Origin: Malacoraja senta
Lineage: Eukaryota
Direction: 5' to 3'
DNA: 64,000 bases
NCBI GenBank assembly: GCA_038087875.1
Contig: CM075987.1
Span: 18,974,001 to 19,038,000 of the forward strand
In this document: positions 25,977-37,075 of the stretch, piece by piece
Numbering within the stretch: the stretch's first letter is position 1
Layout: the number at the start of each line of letters is the position of its first letter
Translations under genes and position numbers: made by a program
The notes under the pieces: generated by a model
Told to the model about the DNA's origin: nothing
Databases searched by the model: none
What the model saw: only the letters and a program-made list of their open reading frames with translations

Positions 25977-28726
25977 AGTCAAACATTCTCGTGCAGGCCA
26001 AGGGCAGAGAATTAATTTTGCTTCTCTGCTTCCAATGTGTTTTTCCTTGATTTTTTCGTATTCTTTCGTGGCTTCATCTATGATTTCCGTGATTAAATTT
26101 TGGGTCACTTTTTCTATGGATTCTTGGCTCCACCCTGTTGGTGCAATTCTAATTTTATCTTGCAGTTGCACACAGTCAATGCTGAGGTGGTCAGTAACAC
26201 CTTTGTTCATTTTGTCGTGACCTATCTGTCCTTTAACTGGTCGAGAGTTTTGCCAACTCAGTTCAGAACATAGCTTGATTTGATGCTTCTCTTGGGTGCT
26301 CTGCTTTTCCAGGTCTCTGGAGCTGGTCACTTCACCCAAAGTTCCTTCCACCAGATGTTCTGCGAGATACTCTTCAACATCATTCACTGACTGCTCACTG
26401 TCTTTGCCCACAAGGTGAAGCTGAACTAAAGTACAGACTAAATCTTCTGAATTAAGACGAGTATCTAAGTCCGAATTTGCCTCCACTTCAGCAGACAGCA
26501 AATTCTGAGAATCTGCAAAGGATTCTACTGCCTTCGCACACTCCAAAATTACCCGTTCCAGCTCAAGATCATTGCTACCACTCCAATGGTTGCCTTGGTC
26601 TGAAATCAGCCTGTTGTCACTTGCCTGAGAGGCAACACTTTTCTTTTTTACCTCCTTGGGTTCCTCTTCAAAAGAATGAGCTTGGCTCAAACTATCATCT
26701 AGACCTTTTAGGTTTTGCATAGGTAGCCCTTCAGAGAATGAGTCTTCACTATTAGAGACATCAGTATTTCCATCAGAATTATCCCATCGGTGGGGAAACT
26801 GCTCTGCAGTAACAAAATTATCACATTTCTCTATGCATTCCATGCATTCCAGCCCACAGGAGGTTTTGTCATGACCTCCTTCTGCTTTATCCAGTTCTAC
26901 AGCATCAAATAGCGTGTGTCCTTTAAACTTTAAGGAATCAGGCTCCTTATTATCTACCAGCATTTGTTCTCCTATAGTAAAACACCTTAAATGATTGACC
27001 AATTCTCCTTCTGTTTGAGATTGGTGGATACTTGAGGGCTCCAACAAGAGATGATCTCCACAAAATTGTGTGGAGGTTTCCTTGCCTCTACTTGTTCTGA
27101 GGGGGCAATTCACTGTATAATTGCCTTTCTTACCCTCCACTATTTCTTCAATAGGCGGAAGAGGAAGGCGATGGAGATCATCAGTGTCCATCCTGCAGTG
27201 TTTATCACTCAGCGAAGATTTGTATTTGAAAGAGTTGCCAGCAGATGATGGTGCTATGTCTTCAATGTAATTTTCTCGTGATGGAGATGGAAGCTCTTCC
27301 CTTAGGTAGATCATTTCTTCAGGTGGCGGAGGAAATTCTTCAGTTTCAAATGCGATATTAGCCTCAGCAGGAGGTGACGAGACTTCTGTTTCAAATAGCA
27401 TTAATTCGTCAAATAGAGAATTCAACTCGTTCATACTAAGCATTTTGTCTTCTTCCATTGGAGCTGGCAGATCCTCAGTTATGAATGAGATTTCTGCCAC
27501 AGGAGATACCTGTTGCTTCTGAGTCAGTGAGTCAATGAGTGGAATGGCCAAGAGTTCCTTTTTGCAACTGGGCTTTGAAACTGGCAATAAACCTTGCTGA
27601 CTGCATAATACTCCTTCAGCATTCAAAAAAGGCAATGCAACACTTCTAGATTCAATACCTTTAGCGAGAAGTGCCTGATCTTTGCTAGGCAAGGATACCT
27701 CTTCAACCACTTCACTTCTTAATGAATTTACTTCTTGTGGTAAAGATGGGAATGTATCATTTCCACACAAAGTATCTTTCACAAACAATTGCACTTCCCT
27801 TTTGCCCAGTTGGAGTTGATCCACGCAATTTGAATTATCTTCGGGGCTGGAAACGCCATCAATAAATGAAAGGAAGTTAGCTGGGGAAATTGCTTTTGCA
27901 GTGCTGGAATCTCTAATAGAAGACTGCTGACAACCTGCCAAACATGTATTCTCTTTCAGCAAGCAGCTGCTTTGCAATGATAATGAACCTAAAGCTTGCT
28001 CACAGATGGGTGATTGAGCAGCCATCATCTCCTTACTTACAGGTTTGTTTGGTCTTATCTCAAAAGCAGGCTGCTGAATAGAGGAAGGTGCGAAACCAGA
28101 CATATTGGCAGAAAGAATGGGAATTCCTAACTTATTTTCTTTGATGTCTTCTGCATTCACGACAACAGTACTTGGGTGATTTTTTTCAGATTCCTCCCCT
28201 TGGTCTGGTTTCAGTTTGGTATTGCTATTTACCATATGCCAACAGGAGGTCTGTGAAGAATGATCTGCTGCCTTGGTTGGAAGGTCGCTCCAAAAATCAC
28301 TTGTGTTCGATAGTGACTTCACTTGAAACAATGGTTCCCTCAGTTTTGATGGAAATATGGTTGCATTTTGATCAGTATAAAATGTTCTAGGTAATTGGTC
28401 ATTGTTGCTTTTGGTTCTATAGCAAGCTGAATAGTTGGACTCATTGCATTGTAGTGTCTCTTCCTTGGAGTTGGTGGGTGGGCCAGGTGGCTTAATGACA
28501 TTATCCAAACTGTCAGGTGACTCTGGATTGACACACAGTTGCACAGCTATGTGATGGTTTTCTTCACTCTGCGTCTTGTCGATGGGATTGGGAGGAGGAT
28601 GATGCTGGAGCTTGAAGCCATAAGTTAACTTTTTGTCAAAATCAGATCTACCAGGCAAGGGTAAATCCACAGCTCCAGCTATCTCTTGTGATTTCCATGC
28701 CTTTGCCACATCTCTAGCCGCCTCAT
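25977..28726 (-). CDS. CCDC187: Giant 2,750-nt internal exon (acidic/Ser-rich, contains decayed CAP-Gly)
   Basis: Corresponds to the 950-aa ORF; acceptor gtcatttcag|AT (phase 1), donor ACT|gtgagt (phase 0); open throughout. Confidence 0.9.
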
Positions 28727-30124
28727 CTGAAATGACAATGAGATGATGATAAAACCACGTTCAACCTCTGTACTCACCTCATCTGCGAGGCTCTTATAGT
28801 GCTCTAACACTAACTGTGGCCAGTTGGTTCAAACAGGTTTCCGTGCTGAATTCCATGGTCAATTTCTTCATTAAAAATAGCACATAAGTAACAATTGTTA
28901 CAAGAATGATTGGCTTGGAACTTGCTGGCCCAGCACTCAAACCTGACCTCAGGAAAAGCAGCCCAGAAAGGATTGGTGGAATTATGAGCACTGATTTATC
29001 CAATTTCACTGTTTCTCTGAATGCACAGCCTCAGAGAGCAGATGTGGCCTTAAGACAGATTTATTGCCAGATTGAAGATATCTCAAAGGTTGAACAACAG
29101 AAAATAACGAGGAACTATAGGCAGGCACTGGTTATTGATTGGGGACAATCAGCCATGATCACAATGAATGGCGGTGCTGGCTCGAAGGGCTGAATGGCCT
29201 CCTCCTGCATCTATTTTCTATGTTTCTATGCTCTTATATCTGAAATCATTGTTTGCAGATAAACTAAACATTATAAAGATGTTTGGACAGCTCCACGGAT
29301 AGGAAAGATTCAGAGGGATTCAAGTCAAATAAAGGTAAATGTGCCCAACTTAGATAGGTATCTTGGTAGGTGCGACAATTTGGGTCTGTTTCCGTGCTGT
29401 ACAACTCTAAATACCAAGAATGTCACATGGCACTGGGATCAAAGAGAAAACTGGAAACAAAGATTATACCACAAGATCTCCTTAAAAAAAATTAAAGCAG
29501 GTTTAAAATCTTAATTTGAGTGAATGAGACACACAAATGCAACAGGATATAGGAAAGTGCAGCTCAGGAACACGATCAGTGGTCCACAATTTCTCTGCCA
29601 AACATAATGCTAAAATAAACTAATCTCGTCTACCTGCATACGGTCCACACCCCTCCATTCCCTGAATATCCATGTTAATGTTCAATTTTCAGGGCTAGAG
29701 TTATTATTCAGCTGTAATTGTGAAATGGGACTCCATTAAAAATATAGTTTCTCAGGATAAAACAATGCTTAATATATTTTTTAAAGACACAAAGTGCTGA
29801 AATAACTCAGCAAGTCAGACAGCATTTCTTGAGAACATGGGTAGGTAACATTTTGGGTCAGGACCCTCTATCTCCTTTTTACCGTTAAATATTTTAAACT
29901 GCTTTTACAGCAAAAGTATACGATAAATTTACATCAAATAACTAATCCTGTGCTGAATGTATCTGCAGATTGTACACGGTCATGAAACAAACATCTAAGG
30001 CACCTTCCAACTTTGTGCTGAACTAAAACTCAATGCCAGAAGCTGCCAATGACTTAAATCAAGAATGGCATTGTGCTTCACAATCGAAACAACCACATAT
30101 TCCAGTCCACTCAGTATGCCCTAC

Positions 30125-30198
30125 CTTGTGTTGAAGCCAAGTCCTGTGACTCAACTATCGTAGCACCTCGTGTTACTGAACGCTGAAGGAGATTGGAT
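30125..30198 (-). CDS. CCDC187: Exon (R)SNLLQRSVTRGATIVESQDLASTQ
   Basis: cttccactcag|A ... CAAG|gtaggg; 74 nt, phase 2-1, exactly bridging the flanking exons. Confidence 0.75.
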
Positions 30199-31003
30199 CT
30201 GAGTGGAAGTAGAATTTTTTTCATTAATCACTGCTGAGAAGCATCTTCAGTTCCAGCTCAGTCTTGGTGTTATTTTGTTCTGGGCATAGGGATCATCATA
30301 GCATCATAGGGATGCTATGGCGCTATGGACGCTCATAGGGATAGCATCATAAGGATGCTAAATTTACTGCATTTGGGAGGGATGTGCAAGCAAACATCCA
30401 TTACATTATGAAACAATCACTCGTCCACACTATCCATTCTTTGAGTGTAGGGGGGGTGAGGGGATTGGATGGAGGAGGCCCATGTCTGACTGCCCTCGCT
30501 GTACTTGTCAAAGATAAATTGCAAAGCTTCAAGAAGACAGCAAGGGATTGGGATAGGTAGAGTGCTTAAAATTGTTTAAAGTTTTCTTGATGTGTTATAA
30601 TAATTCTGTGCTTTAAAGGAGGTTGGAACTGAGCATGTGTAACTTACACTCACTGCAGTCTACTTTAATCAGATTCTATTCTTTGCTGTCAAAGGACAAA
30701 TGGCAATGGTAAAATAATAAAATAAGGTCGAAAGGGTAACAGGACATTTGCTTATCTGTAATGGTGTGGAATTGGGCTGTGTTTACTCTGCTGTGTATTT
30801 CAGAGGTGCATGATTTATATTTGTTATAAGACCATTTGGAAGAAGGAGAATTTCCTAAAGTGCTTGCTACAGTAAAGGGAAATTCTGTATACAAGGAGCA
30901 GATGTGTTCTTGTTCATTGAACAATCTCCTAGGTTGCTCCTAGTGATCACTGTGTTTGGCGCTCTTAAATAAAGTCTTGATTGTCCAACCCGATCTTTGT
31001 GTT

Positions 31004-31502
31004 GTATTGAGGGAGTGCAGCGTAGGTTTACAAGGTTAATTCCCGGGATGGGGGTGACTGTCATATGCTGAGAGAATGGAGCGGCTGGGCTTGTACACTC
31101 TGGTGTTTTGAAGGATGAGAGGTGATCTCATTGAAACATATAAGATTGTTAAGGGTTTGGACACGCTAGAGGCAGGAAACATGTTCCCGATGTTGGGGGA
31201 ATCCAGAACCAGGGGCCACAGTTTAAGAATAAGGGGCAAGCCATTTAGAACGGAGACGAGGAAACACTTTTTCTCACAGAGAGTTGCGAGTCTGTGGAGT
31301 TCTCTGCCTCAGAGGGCGGTGGAGGCAGGTTCTCTGGATGCTTTCAAGAGAAAGCTAGATAGGGCTCTTAAAAATAGCGGAGTCAGGGGATATGGGGAGG
31401 GCAGGAACGGGGTACTGATTGGGGATGATCAGCCATGATCACATTAAATGGCGGTGCTGGCTCGAAGGGCCGAATGGCCTACTCCTGCACATATTGTCTA
31501 TT
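31004..31502 (+). mobile_element. CR1 3' fragment
   Basis: RGDLIETYKIVKGLD...RTRGHSLRIRG peptide and CR1 3' UTR. Confidence 0.88.
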
Positions 31503-32183
31503 TTTAAGTTTTCTTTAACACACTACACATTGCCACTAGTTTGAATTTTTGTTTTACTTCTCTTGTCCACTTTTTTTCCCTTTGGTTCTCTGTGCCTTTT
31601 TTGTCCCTACTCATTTTCTTCACTCATCTTTCTCATTTTGGTTCCTCCTGCTTTGCTACCTGCAAACCGCTCGTCAATTTTCAGCCAGGATGCAAATGGG
31701 AAGAGAGCAGAGGACCATAACATACAAAGACATCAAAGTCATGCTCAGGAACTTAAATATGCCCATCTTTGAAGAAGTGTTTTAAATGCACAACATCCTT
31801 CATGTGTTCAAAGATATCTGGGTAGTAGCCCATTTCTACTGACTCCATGCATGCCCCTGATCACAATCTGTGGCTTTTCAAGTAAACAGTTAAGGGACAG
31901 CAAGCTACGGCAGGAGTCCCAGCTGAATTTGTCCTTGGTCCTTTTTCCAAGGCAAGGAGTTAGACAGCACAGACAAGTCGCCATGGCAACTGGTAGCCGT
32001 GATCCCATGGTAGCACATGTTCCAAATGCAACACCATCAATTGCCCCCCTTACAGGTCAGATATCAATACAAAAATTGGATAAATATGATAGCTCCATTT
32101 GGGAATTAGTAATGCCTGCCACATTTTGAAGAAAAACTTAATCTATATGTAGCCTTTAATTATTTTTTCTATAATCTCTATAC

Positions 32184-32320
32184 CGCTGCAGCCAATGTAA
32201 ATCCACATGTGACTTGTACTGAGCTGCGGCAGGGATCTTAATTTGAGGTTTTTGAATCTGGTTGACATCAGTGTCCGAATTCAGTTCAGCTTTTGTCCTA
32301 CGGATAAACTCATCGTAAGC
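32184..32320 (-). CDS. CCDC187: Exon AYDEFIRRTKAELNSDTDVNQIQKPQIKIPAAAQYKSHVDLHWLQ(R)
   Basis: tttattacag|GCT ... CG|gtatag; 137 nt, phase 0-2; matches CEP350 SYDEFIKKTEAEL...KPQIK. Confidence 0.88.
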
Positions 32321-32499
32321 CTGTAATAAAAACAGCAGAAACATGACAGTCAGAATCACTGGGCAAGTTATCAAACATAGACAGAAGAAACAGTTCAGAG
32401 CAAATAAATACATCCGTCAGATGCCATTTTAAACAACTACTACTCTGAATCTGATTGGCTTTTGAATATTCGCCGCAATCACCCAATTATTAATTAATT

Positions 32500-32770
32500 A
32501 GACTTTATTAATCCCCTTATTCAGGGGAAATTCAGATGTCCTTGCAGCACACTAATAAAATACAACATAGTATTAAAAAGAAGTTCAACACCAAAACATC
32601 CCCCCACAGTGGTTCCCACTGTGGGGGAAGGCACAAAGTCCAGTCCCCATCCTCTTGTCCACCCAGAGTCGGGCCCACTGAGGCCTCCACTGTCGCCGCC
32701 ACGGCGCCCGATGTTCTCGCCGGGTGATGGTACTCCGGCATCGGGGAGAACCCCAAGCGGCTTGGGGTAC
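32500..32770 (-). mobile_element. GC-rich retroposon 3' fragment, copy D
   Basis: Reverse complement matches copy B at ~21680-21785 (GGACTGGACTTTG..CCTTCCCCCACAGTGGGAACCA.TGTGGGGGGATG). Confidence 0.7.
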
Positions 32771-33496
32771 CAAGCTCAAACTCAAGATCAAAGATCAAAG
32801 CCATTCTTACTAACTCAAAGCCATTCAAATCAATAAGTTCTAAGTAAGTAGGGAGTCTTAAATGCAATCTGCTTTGACCACATCACAGAAGTAATCAGCA
32901 AAATTAAGTGTTGGAGAAACCCAGCAGATCAGGCAGCATTTGTGAATGAAATGTTGATATTTGTTATACCTGCCTTAACTACTTTCTCTGGCAGCTTGTT
33001 CCGTTGCCTACAATTTGCCTACTGTGAAAAAGCTGCCCTACAGGTTCCCTATTAAATCCTTCCCCCTCACCTTAATCCTATGTGCTCTAGTTCTCGATTC
33101 CCCAACCCTGGGAAAAAGATCCTGTGCATTCACCCTATCTATCCCCCGTCTTCATTTCATACAATTCTACAAGATCACCCCTCAGCCTCTTGCTCTCCAA
33201 GGCATAACGTCCTAACCTGCTCAACCTCTCCCGAAAGCTTAGGCTCTCGAGACCTGCAACATCCTTGTTAAGGATTTGTTTGTTCCTGTTTTAGGCCCTA
33301 GCACATACCTCATCTAAAGGAGACCATGTCTTATGCTGCAGAGCATATGTGTGGCCATTATCAGACCACAGTGTGCAACTTATGCCCAGATTTGAAACAA
33401 GAATGCTATCCACCAAACTGCAGCTAATATTAATTCAACACATGGTTTCAGTAAGGGTCACAACAAAACACTTGCTCTCATTTGGCACATGCAAAC

Positions 33497-33647
33497 CTCC
33501 AGTTTGCCTGCACAGTTCAGCTTCCTCCATCTTTAACTTTTCCCTCTGTCGCCTCCTTTGCTCACTCTGTACACTGCCCATTACCTCCTTGCTGCTCGCC
33601 AGCTCACGGCTCAGTGATGAAGTGGTGGGTTCCTCTGTCTGCAGGAT
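33497..33647 (-). CDS. CCDC187: Exon ILQTEEPTTSSLSRELASSKEVMGSVQSEQRRRQREKLKMEEAELCRQ (boundaries/frame uncertain)
   Basis: ttccattacag|ATC; similar to CEP350 EQKKRQKERLKAQEASL. Donors at 33497 (GAG|gtttgc, phase 1) or 33585 (GAG|gtaatg, phase 0). See the frame-anomaly finding. Confidence 0.65.
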
Positions 33648-33715
33648 CTGTAATGGAAATTAATTCTGCATCATTCACAATGGCTTACGCAAGGTCCTAT
33701 TTTAGAGTCATAGAG

Positions 33716-34756
33716 TAGGTATGTTACAAAACTTACCTTCAGTCGCGCTGTAATTCTGCCACTGGCCGTGTGCGCGATTGTGGCGCCCTTTAAGGGGGGG
33801 CGGGGTTAAAACGCGGGTTTCTCCTCCCTTGTCCTGGTAATATTTTGTTGGAGTACAAGCGTTGGCTGAAGAATCGGTCCTAGTGGCCTTTTGTGCATTT
33901 TTTATTTTTTATTAAATCGTCAATGTCAGCGCTAGAGTAATTTTAAATCAGCTCCTGAAGCGTCAACGCCGATAACGGGGGACGGATTTCACACACGGGA
34001 CAGGTAAACGAAAGTGGTTTCTTTAAATGTATAAAAGTGCTTCTAAGAAGCTTTAATTCACATTTTCTTCATGCGACACGGTGATTTTATTCACCGAATT
34101 AACGGCAGTATTTTTCATGCCAATACGGGGTTAAATTCACCGCAAATGAACGTTCCAAAAGATCGCGTTCCAGAAATCCTCACTCACAAGATGATTTAAA
34201 TCCCCATTAATTTACAGGTATTAAACATTCAATTCCTTCCATTTGGCCTGTAAATTCATGAAAAATGAGATTTAAAAATTATGTTATATTGTGAATTATT
34301 GTGTGAATGTTATTTGGACACTTAGGCTATTTAAAAATGTTAATCTATTCTTAAGAAATTGATAGATGTTTAGATCTAGTAATTGAATTTTGTAATTAGC
34401 TACAATTAGGTAACTAACTAATTATATGCTTTACTTTCATGTCTTCTAAGTAAGATTGTTTCATATTTGTTTCAGAATGCTTCAATCTATAATAACTGAA
34501 AATTTCTTTCAGTTATCTTAATTTTAAGAAAGTTATGGGCTTTTAACTGTCCTCGATCACAGCTTTTGTGTTAAGTCAATGGAAAAGCAATAGGGAACAA
34601 GATGCTAATTTCCGAGTATGAAAATGGCCATAACCTCTTTAATACTGAAGATATGAAAGTGAATTAGGTGTCAAATTAAACTTCTTTTTATGCTTTATCT
34701 GATGGGATAAATTGCAGACTTTATTTTTAAAATCACAAAATTTTGTAACATTGCTA
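33716..34756. mobile_element. Non-autonomous TIR DNA transposon (1,041 bp)
   Basis: Imperfect 16-bp TIRs TAGGTATGTTACAAAA / TAGCAATGTTACAAAA (rc); direct repeat CATAGAG at 33709-33715 and 34757-34763; no transposase ORF. Confidence 0.78.
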
Positions 34757-34848
34757 CATAGAGGCACAGAGCTATAAAGCATGGAAATAGGCCCCTTCGT
34801 GTCCACGCTGACACATTGGTCCAGTTCCATTTATCTGCATTTGGCCCA

Positions 34849-34862
34849 TCTATCTATATATA

Positions 34863-34913
<51 letters not shown>

Positions 34914-35409
34914 GAGGTGTGTGAGTGTGAGTGTGAGTGCGAGTGCGAGAGCAGTTTCCGTTTGTGTTTTTCTACCTTTGTCAAAACGCTACGCGCTAGA
35001 GTTGAAATTTTTAAAGATTACTCGCATTAACCCGGTCAATGCAATAAACAAGGTTTCCTTCACATTTCATGCTATATTTCAAAAGTTATTGACGATTCAA
35101 GTTTAAAAAAAGGCAAAAACGGTTCTCGCACGCAGCCTTTTTCAGGACTTTCCAATGATGATGTCACAATGCCACTCACAGTGCACCAATCAAAATGGGC
35201 TCTCAAGCTGGGTTATTCATGGTTAAAGGTTAAAAAACAAAACCACCTTTTAAAACACAGCTTCCACTGACGTCACAATGCCCCCCCCCCCCCAACAGAA
35301 TATTCCACCACCTTCCAGTGACGTCAGGGGGAGGGCCTCATTTAAAAAACAGTTTAATCAGCTCCCCAACGCACACCATTGGAGGAGCAGACTTCTGCAC
35401 TTGGTCTAG
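34849..35409 (+). mobile_element. Complete non-autonomous Helitron-like element (561 bp)
   Basis: 5' TC start; 3' hairpin GCAGA/TCTGC then ACTTGGT-CTAG; inserted between A and T with no TSD, and removal restores ttggccca|tattcctctaaacc; internal (AG)n. Confidence 0.82.
34868..34950. repeat. (AG)n microsatellite grading into (GTGAGT)-like repeats
   Basis: Directly visible. Confidence 0.95.
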
Positions 35410-35828
35410 TATTCCTCTAAACCCTTCCAATCCATATATCTGTCCGAATGTCTTTTAAATTAAATGTTATCAATTGTTGTGGAATGGCAATGGTAGCTGG
35501 AACCAATCACCAGTTGTGTCCAATTGGGGACCTTACTGCTGCCTAAGACTGGCCATGGCAAATATGGTGATGTGGGTTGTGTGATTTGATTAATTATAAC
35601 TGTGCCATTATTTTAAAACTCATACTCAGTATTATTTAAAAATCAATACTCATCTACGTACATTTTGGGAAGAATAAATAATTATCAAACCTGTCAATTA
35701 GGCATTTATTGATGGTACCAACCAGATACAACCATGTATCAGCAGAACATCAACATAAACAGCTTCCAAAATCCATAACAACAACATAATCTCTCCTTTT
35801 CTAGGCATGTGGCAGATTTATTTCTTAC

Positions 35829-35934
35829 CTTTGATTCGGAAATTCTTCTCTGATTGAATCTTGGCTGCTTTCATCGCCAACTTTTCAGAAGGTTCTGGAA
35901 CCGTAGAGGTCGGTTTCGAAGTTTCAGCAGGTTT
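35829..35934 (-). CDS. CCDC187: Candidate exon KPAETSKPTSTVPEPSEKLAMKAAKIQSEKNFRIK
   Basis: ttttcatttacag|AAA ... AAAG|gtaaga; strong splice sites, 106 nt, open only in phase 0-1. Confidence 0.65.
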
Positions 35935-36962
35935 CTGTAAATGAAAAACCTTTAAATGTAAAATATATTATTGTAACAACAAATTTCATAACCCAATGTT
36001 CAATTCTAGAGAGGAGATTAGTCGGTCATAGTTGGGTAGCTCACTCATACTTTAACATCAAGAGACTTGCCATCATTAATCTTGGGGTATCAGGCATTGT
36101 GCTGTGTTGTTGCACGATGGTCTAAACTCTGGATTGGGTATGTGATGCTGGTGTGCTGAGATTGGAGGTGTCAGAATTGCATCAAACTGTTAGACCACTG
36201 CTCTACTATTCTCCCTGTTCCAAAGGTGCACATTCTGAGATCAACCTGACAATGAATTGCCTCTACTTGAAGAAGCATTCTCTAAATCAGCAGATGTTCA
36301 TAAATCCTTACAGGACAGCCAAAGTATCAACATCAATGAGCATAAGACTTGCTCTTTTTTTATGTTTATTTGTTACTGTTTCAAAGTTTATGACACCTCA
36401 ATCTTTCAGATGCAAACTTTCACCTATTGTATCATCCTTACATAAGCAAAGGTCTTAACTGTCAGGTAGTGGTGATGTAAAATTATACAAAAAATGACGG
36501 GAGATCTCATCAAAACATAAAAATTTCTTAAAAGGCTTTCCACGCCAGATGCCATGGGTTATTTTTCCGGTTCAGGAGGTTGGGACCACGATGCAGAGTT
36601 TCAGAATAAGGGGTATGCCAATTGAGGCTGAGATGGAGAAATGTCTTCATTCAGACAGTAGTAAACCTTCAGAAATCTCTACCCAAGATGTCTACAGAGG
36701 CTTAGGCAGATACGATAGTAGCGTTTGAGAGATTTATGGATAGGCATGTGGAGATGCATGAAATGGAGTGGTATGGGTTATGTGCCAGCAGGTAAGAGTT
36801 GGTCTAAGCATCATATTTAGCACAGACATTGTTCTCTGTTCTATTAGCCATGATCATAATGAATGCTATGGTAAGCTTACGGGCCAGTGGGCAATTGGTA
36901 TTCCCATTTCTTATACTCCTTGGATTTATTATAATTGTAGAGAACATTGAGATTGTGCTTAC

Positions 36963-37075
36963 CTCATTCTGCTTCTCTCCATTTAGTTCATCCATACCCC
37001 TCGTTACCACTTTGGTGATCTCAATGTGCTTTGTTGATTCTGGGGAATTTGAGCATTCTTTAACATTCGAGTTAT
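36963..37075 (-). CDS. CCDC187: Exon (D)NSNVKECSNSPESTKHIEITKVVTRGMDELNGEKQNE
   Basis: ctcccttatcgattag|AT ... GAG|gtaagc; 113 nt, phase 1-0. Confidence 0.72.

Noticed and set aside
25857..28709. 950-aa ORF as a stand-alone single-exon gene
   Set aside because: It is bounded by a good acceptor (28726) and donor (25977) whose phases match the neighbouring exons; the ORF tail after CLT is intron read-through.
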